This document shows positions 9,801-18,800 of a stretch of 49,895 nucleotides of DNA, piece by piece. Below the pieces are notes generated by a model. It saw only the letters and a program-made list of their open reading frames with translations. It ran no database searches and was not told where the DNA came from. Origin of the DNA: Chrysochromulina tobinii (Eukaryota); the NCBI GenBank assembly GCA_001275005.1, contig JWZX01003403.1:1-49895 (forward strand), in the 5' to 3' direction. Position numbers and translations under genes: made by a program. The stretch's first letter is position 1. The number at the start of each line of letters is the position of its first letter.

Positions 9801-12800
9801 GTTCTCCATGACGGCGTCGAAGGCCTGGCCACACTTCTCGAGGAGCATGGGGATGCCCTCTTCCATCGCCTTGGCCATCATGCCGAGGTAGCCTCCGAAG
9901 CTCTGCTGGCACGAGACGAGGCCGTTGGGCGTCTCGCGCCCGCGGATCCAGTTGATGCCCTGCAGCTGTGGGTCGATGATCAGCGGGTAGCGCGCGCAGC
10001 GCACGATGATGGCCGCGTTCTCGAGAGAGAGCCGATCGGACGGCAAACCCTCGGACATCCAGATAGCCTGCGTGGCCACGTCGGAGAGCAGCTTGAGCGG
10101 GTCAAGCACCTCCGCGGACGGGAGCTGGCGGCCGCGCAGGTCGGGTACCCACGTCTGCTCCCACAGCTTGTACCGGAACTCGGAGTTGAACGGCCCAATG
10201 TACGCAATGAAGGGCGCGGCGACCATCATGTTGCCCACGAGCATCGCCTTCTCCTCACCGAGGAGCTCCACGTTGGCGGCCCAGCGGACGCCCTCGTCCT
10301 TGAGGCCGTTGACGAGACGCTCGGCGAGGGAGAGCTTCTTAGCGGTGGCCGCTGCCTTGGCGATCAGCGCGTTCTTCTCCTCAGTCGCCTGCATCAGCTG
10401 GTTCTGCAGCGCCGCCTTGCGCGCGTTGAGCGCGTCCACGTGCTCGTTGACTGCGGCGAGCTTCTTGTTCGCTTCGCCGAGCTTGTTCATCGCCTCCTGC
10501 AGCAACCCACGCTTGGGCGCCACATCGAGGTAGATGTCGTGGTAGATGAGGATGTTGACTACCCAGTCGCAGAGGCCGGCCGCCGCCATCGAGATGCGCT
10601 TCACGTTCGTGTAGTTGAACTCGGGGTTGGGCGCCTCCGGAGTGCCTGTGCACTTGGCACGCACCTCGGCCTTGTTCTCGAGCAGCAGGTTGTCCTTGTC
10701 GAAGTTGATGAGTGATTTGAGGAACTCGTCGACAGACGCCATCATTTTCTTCGCCTCGCCCCATGCCGTCTTGACCTTCTTGACCTGCCCCTTGGGCGCC
10801 ATCATGTACTGCACCGCGTTGCACACCTGCAGCACCACGGGCGAGGGCGTCGACATCGACTTGAGCTCGGTGAGCGACGCCTTGTCGAGCGAGTTCAGCG
10901 CCTCGGCCGCCGCCGCGATGGCGGGCTCGGCCGCCAGCAAGTCCGCATTGCACTGCGCGGCAAAGGCCGAGACCTCCTGCTGGATGACGGCCACCTTCTC
11001 GGCCTCGATGGCGCCGAGGGCCGCCTGCTCGTCCGCGACGGTCGACTCCTGGCCCACCTGCACAAGGAGCACGTCCGTGTCCGCCTTCTTCTGCTCCACG
11101 ATAACGGACTCATCCTTGAGCACGATCTGCATCTCGGCCACCTGCGTCGAGGCGCCGCGCAGCTTGACGAGGCCGCTCTCGAGGCGTATCTTCATGGCAT
11201 CCACGCGGTCGCACTGGGCCTTGTAGAGCGTTTGGTAGAGCTGGATGAGCTCGAGGTAGCTCTTGGGGGTCGTGTACACGTTGCGCCGCTCCGCGGCTAA
11301 GTAAGTGGTGCAGCACTCCTCGACGGATTGGTGCACGAAGCTCATGTGGTGCGCCACATTCTCCTTGAGCTCGTCCGTCGAGATGTCGACGTCCTGGAGG
11401 AAGCGCATCGCCACCGAGATGAGCGCCTCGCTCGGCCACGGGTGGAACCAGTCGATGACCGTGGCCGAGATGAGCGCGGGGAACTTGCGGCACCGGTTGC
11501 GGAAGGCGTTGCCCACAGGCGACATGCAGAGCACCACGTGCAGGTTCTTGCGCACGCGGTCAAGGAAAAAGTTCCAGCAAATGTCGGGTGAGTCCATGAG
11601 GCCCGCCGCCTTGACCTCGGGGCGGATGCCGTTCAAGACGTTATCCTTGTCGTCCTGCGTGTACAGGTCGGGGATAAAGCCGCTCGAAAGCAGGTCGTTG
11701 AAGTAGATGAGCATGCGCTCGTTAATGATCTGCTGGTCGGTGAAGAGCCACACGATCGAGTTGCCCTTCAGACCCGTGGACGCGTAGAGCGCGGCGATAT
11801 CTGCCTTGAAGTCGATCATACCGTAAGCCGAAGTGAGCTTAATCTGGAAGACGGTGAAGCCCGAGATGAAAGCGGCGAGCCGCGTGAGCGACTGCTTGCC
11901 GCTGCCGCCCACGCCCACGAGCAGCGCGTTGCCTCGTGGTGTGTCGATGATGCGCGAAATGCGGGACACGTGCTCCATCGCCTGCACGAAAAGTACAAGG
12001 TCCATGCGCGCAAATGTCTCGTTGTACTCGGTGAGTTTCTGCGTGAGGATCTTGGAGAGCTTCACCTCGTCAGGGACCTGGAAGTAGGGCTTGATGTCCT
12101 CGTCCGTCTGCACCGCAAAGTAGGTGAAGACAATCGGCCGCTTCATCAGCGCGTCCTGGTCGAAGTCCTCAAAGAAGCTCTTGGCGGCGCGGTTGATCAT
12201 GTCCTCGAAGCGCGTCGCGTCGGCGACGTCGACGAGCCGATCGCTGTAGACGCGGTACGACTCGTGCAGCCAGAGGCGCGCGAGGTACATGGGCTCCGTG
12301 TAGTAGTCGGGCGTGCACTTGAGAATGCCCTGGAAGACGCGGCTCATCTCGCGCAGGTTCCACGCGTAGTGGAAGGCGACGGCCGTCGGCATGAATGCGT
12401 CGGCCACGAGCTTGTGCAGCATGAGCGCCGCGCTGCACACACGGTCGCCCACTTTCCTCATCTCCTGCGAGTAGCCGTTGGATAGGTGGCCGTCGAGGAT
12501 TGAGCCGTAGATTGTGCGCAGCACCTCTGCCTCGGGCGCGAGAGTCGCGAAGGTGGCAAAGTGGCGCTGCATGCGATCCTGAATGAAGAAGGAGCCCGCA
12601 GTCGGGTTCATCGAGCTCAGGTACTGCACACCGCGGATCTCCTTCATGGTGAGCTTCTTGAGGTCGTAGAAGCCGCCATACTCAAGCTGCTGGTTCAGTA
12701 GGGCGATAGCGGACTGCGTGCTGTATTTGTCGGGCGTGGGCATGTTCATGTCGTCCACAAAGTAGATGAGTTTCTTGGTGCCCGGCGGCGCAAACATAGT

Positions 12801-15800
12801 GCCAGTCTTCTTCTCGAGCGGCTGCTCGAGGATAGCCTGAAGTATGCTCGCGATGGTGAAGGAGTTGAGGTTGATGTTGAAGTAGATGATCTCCTCGGGC
12901 AGCCGGCCGAGCTTGTCCTGGATGATGGTCGTCTTGGCCGTGCCCGCGCCGCCCACGAGCATCACGGGCTTCGCACGCGTCGCGAGATCGTCGATCAGGA
13001 AGGTGAGGCGCGTCGTGTCGAGCGTAGGCACCACGATGGACGAGAAGGAGGCGCCCTCGCCTGACACGTGCGTGTACTTGGGGATCACATCGCGCCAGTG
13101 CTTGCCCTTCTTGTCGACATCGTCGATGAAGTAGTCGAAGACCAGGCCCTCGTCGGGGAACTTGAAGTTCATCTTGCCCCACTCCATGCGCCACCACTCG
13201 GAGAAGAGTTTGCGGAAGTCGTTGGCCTTGTCCGCGCCAAACGCGCCACCAAAGGCCCAGATGGCCGCAAACTGGAAGTAGGCTTCGTACACGTCCTTGT
13301 CCGTGCCCTGCGGCACGTTCTTCGCGGTGAGCACGCCCTCGAGGATCGAGCAGAGCGTGGACACCATGCCGAAGTTCATGAGCGGCGTGAGGTGCATCCA
13401 TTTGTTCTTGCGCATGTTGTCAAGCGTGGGCGGCACGTACTGCTGCACGAGCGCCTCGAGCCACGCCTGCTCCTTGGTGTCGATGTGGGCGTTCTTGGCG
13501 CACAGGTTGTCCACCCACGACTGGAAGTAGGCCCCCCAGCCCACGTCGGTCTCGTTGAGGAAGAGGACGCCGGCACGGCTGACGGTCGCGGGTGAGCCGT
13601 TCTTGAGGTTCGAGATCTCGAAGATGAGGCGCATCGAACGCGAGAGCGGGATGCGCTCATTCGAGACAAGTGTGAGCACCTTGTTGTCGTCCATGACGGT
13701 GTTCATCGACTCGATCCACTCGGCATCGATGTCGCCGTCGAGCATCACCCACTTGGGCACATTGAGCTGCGCGCCTGACGCGTTCTTGAAGTCGCGCATG
13801 ATCTTGGCAATGATGCCGTCAAAGGGCTCCTTGGTCACCGGGTGCACGAAGCCGTAGAGGTCGTCCGAGGTGACCGCCTTCGGGTTGAGCGCGTTGACGA
13901 GTGTGGGGCCGTCGCCGACTGCTGGTGTGCGCGTTGCCGGGTTTATGGCGAGGTGGGTCTGCGCCGCCTGGAGCGTCTTCCACACGCACGTCTTGCCCGA
14001 GCCGGCGCAGCCGAGCGCGAAGACGCAGTGGCGAATGCCGAGAAGCTCAGCCAGGTCGACCGTCTTGCCGACAAAGATGTCCTCAGGCTGGAGTTGAAGC
14101 CCCTCCTGGTACCCGTTCTTGATGAAGACCTTGTTCTCCTTGAGCACATCCCTAACGGCTTTAGTCATGATCGGGTCGGCCTGCTTGGTCGCGTCTTGCA
14201 TCTTGGGGAAGATGTCGTTGACGAGGCCGAGGAAGATACCCACGTCCGCGTTGACAAACTTGGTCACGTTCGAGTCGCGCAATGCACGCATCATGATCTC
14301 AAGCTCGGTGCGCTCCGGGTTGGCACGCTTGGCGCCACCAGCGATGCGCAGGATGCCCTTGATCGCGCGCAGGCCCCAGTCGTAGTGGTCCTGCTTAGAG
14401 AGCAGCTCCATGTTGAGCTGGAAGAGGCGAATGAACTTGATCGAGAGCACCTTGGCCGTCTCGAAGCCCTCGGCCGAGAGCTCGATCTCAATGATGGCCG
14501 CAAAGTCGGGCGTGCACATAGCGACGCCGCGGAAGAGCGCCTTGAGGTTCTCGGGCAGCTCGGTGCGCCCTGCGTAGCCCGGGTTCATCGTAATGAAGGC
14601 ACCCACAGTGCGCTTGAGGGCAATCTTCTCCTCCTCGAAGATGATGTCGTCTGCAACGGCCTTGATGCCGTCGAGAAGAGCGCCGTACTGGCCGGCGACC
14701 ACCGAGAGCACCTCGACAGGGATGCGGTTGAACTCGTCGAAGCAGCCCCACGCGCCCGTCTGAGAAAGCCCCATGAAGATGTTTGCCATCGTCTTGTAGT
14801 TCATTTGGTCGGAGCAGTTCATCACGATGACCCAGATGGCGAGGCCGCGCCCGAGATCCTTGGTCGTTTCGGTCTTGCCCGTACCCGCAGGGCCCGCGGG
14901 TGCGCCGCCAAGGCAGAGGCGGAGCGCTTGCGTGAGCGTGATGTAGCAGCGGTCGGTGAGGCCGGTGATCACTAGGCGGCCCGGGTTGCCCACGTACTCG
15001 TACGAGTACTGGAACTCGGCGTCCGAGATGTTGATCATGCAGTGGCTCTTCTCTTCGTCCCATCGGAACTTGAGCTGCGATTGCCACGCAAAGTCGCCCG
15101 CGGTCTCGATACGCTCCGCAATGTACTTGAGCACGACATCGCGCGCATGCACCTCGATGGTGATAAGCGTCTTGACCTTGGTGCGCATCTCGCCGGTCAT
15201 CTCGCCGAGGACCATCTGCACGTACACGTTCAGGTTGGCGATCTGGGCCACCGAGTACTCCTTCATTCCCTGGTCGTTGCCCTGCTCAAGCCGATCAAAG
15301 GCCTGGTACACCTCGGTCGACCACCACGTCTGGCACGTGGTGATGGCGAGCTGCGCGCAGTACTTCTCGCACCACGTCTCGCGCGACATCTCCGTGTACT
15401 CGTTGATGGACATCTCGAGTTGGTCCTTGAACTGCATGTTGCAGTGCACCATGATTTCCTTGAGCCAGTCCTCGACGGGCCCGCGGCAGTCGAGCTCCTT
15501 GGCAAAGTGCACCTCCTCCTTGTCCGTGGCGAACATGCCCTTGCACACGCCGGTCTCCAGCTTGGTCTCGGGATCCCTCTCCCACATGATGCCGCCGATG
15601 CAGTCGGTGAACTTAGAGAAGTGCTCCTGCACGGCGGGCGGGAACTTGCCCTTGGAGAGCGTGTCGACGAGGTCGACCTGCGAGATGAAGTAGAAGCGCG
15701 GGAACTTGCGACGCTTCGTCTCGAGGTAGTCGGAGAGCGAGCGGTTGCACAGCTCGAGCGCGGCGAGGGCGACCTTGAAGGCCTCGTCACGTCCATCCTT

Positions 15801-18800
15801 GAGGGTCGCATCGAGAGGGTTGGTCGAGTTGCACGCGTCCGCCATCTGCTCCTTGAATGAGGCGTCGATACCGTCGAAGCGCTTGGCATCCTCGGGTAGC
15901 TGCTCACGGATGTCCTCAGAGCCGATGAAGATGGCCTCGAGGGAGCACCACTGGCGCTGCACCTCGAGCCAGTTCTCGAGCACCGCACGGCACTGCGAGA
16001 GCTTGCCCTTCCACGTGGTGATCTGAATCTCGAAGAAGGCCTTGAACCGGTTGCCCATCATGTTCTGCAGCTGGACCTCGTGGTCGTCGAGCGACTCGAT
16101 GGTGGTGTCGGGCATTTTGAGCACCTTGACGCCGGACGACTTGAAGGGCTCGTACTCGAATTGGAGCGCGTTCCAAATCGTCTCGATGCGCTGCAGCGCC
16201 TTGTCGATCTTGATCTCCATGCGCGCCTGCTCGACGACCTCGCCCACCGGGTCGGCGAACTTGTGCAGCTCGAGCGAGAGCAGCACGCCGAGCGACATCT
16301 TGTCGTCCATGACGAACGTCTTGCCACAGATGCGCATGAGCTTCTTCCAGTGGCGCTCGCGCATCGCGTCGTCCCGCAGGTCCTGCACGAGCGGCAAGTC
16401 AATGAGCATGTCAGCCATCTCCTTCATCATGCCCAGGTAGCAATCCCATCCTCGCACGGGCCGGTCGAGCGCCTTGATCTCCTTCTGGATCTTCGAGCAC
16501 ATGATCATCATGCTGTCCACGTTGACATCGGGCCAGAGCGTCGCCTTCCACGAGTTGAAGATTGAGTTGACGAGCTCGACGTGGTCCCAAACCTTCTTGA
16601 GCAACTTCAGCTCGTCGCGGCACACCTTGATCTCCTTCCAGTTCTCCTTGTTGACATCAAAGAGACCCTGGCGCTCCTGCAGCGACTTGGCGGCATTCTC
16701 GATTTGGTCGATCTTGGTGTTCCACTCGTCGACTTTCTTGTAGCAATCCTCACCAACCGAGTAGTTGAAGGGCGCCTCCTCCTTGAAATCCGCACGGAAC
16801 TCAACCACTTTGTGCCCAAACTCCTCGGCCTGCTCCTTGATCTTCTCGGCCTGCAGCGACTGCAGCGGCGCGAGCTGTTCGCGCGAGTTGTACGTGATGC
16901 GCGTGGTGGCGTTCCAGCCGTGCGGCGCATCGTCCATCATCTCGATGAAATCCTGGGAAATGATCACGCCGTACTTCTTGAGCAGTTGCACCTTGGCGCG
17001 CAGCGGCTCAAACATCCCCGTGACCAAGTCGGCGCGCAGCCGCACGTCGCGGATGCACGTCATCGCGCGCAGCAGCGCCTCGGCATCATCGGGCTCGACC
17101 TCCTGCGAGAGGCCCTTCTTGATGGCGACCATAAAATCTTTGAGCTCGGTGAGGGTCTGCTCAATCGAGGACTGCAGGTAGCTAGTGTAACGGAACTGCC
17201 ACTTGTTGACCCAGGTGGCGAGTGCCTGTTTGACCGGCCGGGCATCGATCTTGAGCCAGCCACGCGCAGCACTAGAGGAAATCGCCTGAATGTTGCTCGC
17301 GTACTTGACAAACTTATGAATCTCTTTGTCGAAAGCGTCGAGCGGCGGTTCGTACTTGGGCGCGAGCGGCCCCTCAATTTTCTCGACGACCTCCTCCTCC
17401 TCGGCCTTGGGCTTGGAGGGATCCTCCTCGGGAGGGGCAAGGAACTCGTGGAGGTGATCGTCGATGCTCGACGTCCACACCGCTTTGTATGCCTGGAATG
17501 AATCCTTGAATTCCTCGCAAAGCGCCTGGTTGGCGCGGACATGCGCCTGGATCTGGTGCACGAAGAAGCGCACTTGCTCCGTCTCCATCACCTCCTTGAG
17601 GAAGTCGCCGTCGGCGCGGTCGAGCCGCTTGACCAGCTTGCACACATTGAAGAAGCCCATGCACCAATAATCGATCATCGCGTGCATCGAGGGCTTATCG
17701 CTGCCACCACTCGCGTTGTGAAGGGCGGGTTTGAACTCGATGCTCGACCCGTCGAGCTCGAGCTGGATCTCGATGAAGGGGGCAATTTCCTCCTTGGTGA
17801 TCTGCGCCGGGTCGAGCTGCGTGTTGAGGCACTCGAGCGAGCCGCAAACGGTGCGCGCGAGGCCGTCGATGACGATGTCGTTGATGAAATCGACGTACGC
17901 GCGCCACGTGGGCGCGCCCTTGGAGACCTTGAGCACCTGGTTCGACTTGAGGAGCATCTTGTGGATCTCTTTGCCCTCGTTGCCGATGTCGTTGTAGCGC
18001 GCGGCCAGGTGCCCCTTGAACTCCTCCTGGTAGTCGTCGGGCGAGTAAGTCTTGGTGCTCTTGCGCTTGAGAAGCGGCTCCTTGAACCATCCGGCGAGCA
18101 CGTTCTGGATGTCTTTCATGTTCGTCTTGAGCGCGAGGAGCGTGTCGTACGTGTCCTTGACGAGGGTGGTCGTCTCGCGCACAAAGTCGTCGATCCCGTG
18201 GCTCTTCCAGGTCAGGTTCTTCTGCCCCTTCTCGAGCGCCCTGTCGATCATCTTGAGCTGCGCAGCAAGCAGCGGCTGCTCCACCTCGAGCATCGTGTGC
18301 ATGATGTGGTTGTACTTGTCCGAGATCACCTGCAGGCAGCCGCGCTGCACGCGGTACGTCTCTGCCTTTTTGTTGAGCTCGAGCGCTGACGCAGGCGCGC
18401 CCTTGCCCAGCTCGAGCAGGTACTTGACCTCGCGCAGCAGGCGTATGAGCTCTGGGTCGAAGTTGACGGCGAGCAGCCCTTTCTCATCGCGCCGGAGGAT
18501 CGGATTCTTGAGGTTGGCCTGTGAGACATCCTCGACGCCCTTCTCCCAGCTTGAGTGCACTTCGTGCGCATACTTATCGAGCGCCTCGATCAGGTTGCCG
18601 TACGTCTTCATCACATCCTTAGCCTCCTCCGACTCGAGCATCGTCTTGAGCGTCGCCTTGAGCTTGAACATCGGCTCCTCGATCCGGAGCTTGAGGCCCT
18701 TGACCCAATAGATGGCGCCCGCGACGGGCGGCATGTTGCAGTAGAGCGGTGGTCCCTCGCGCTCGAGGTAGAATCCCACGGCTGACTGGTCCTTCTGACG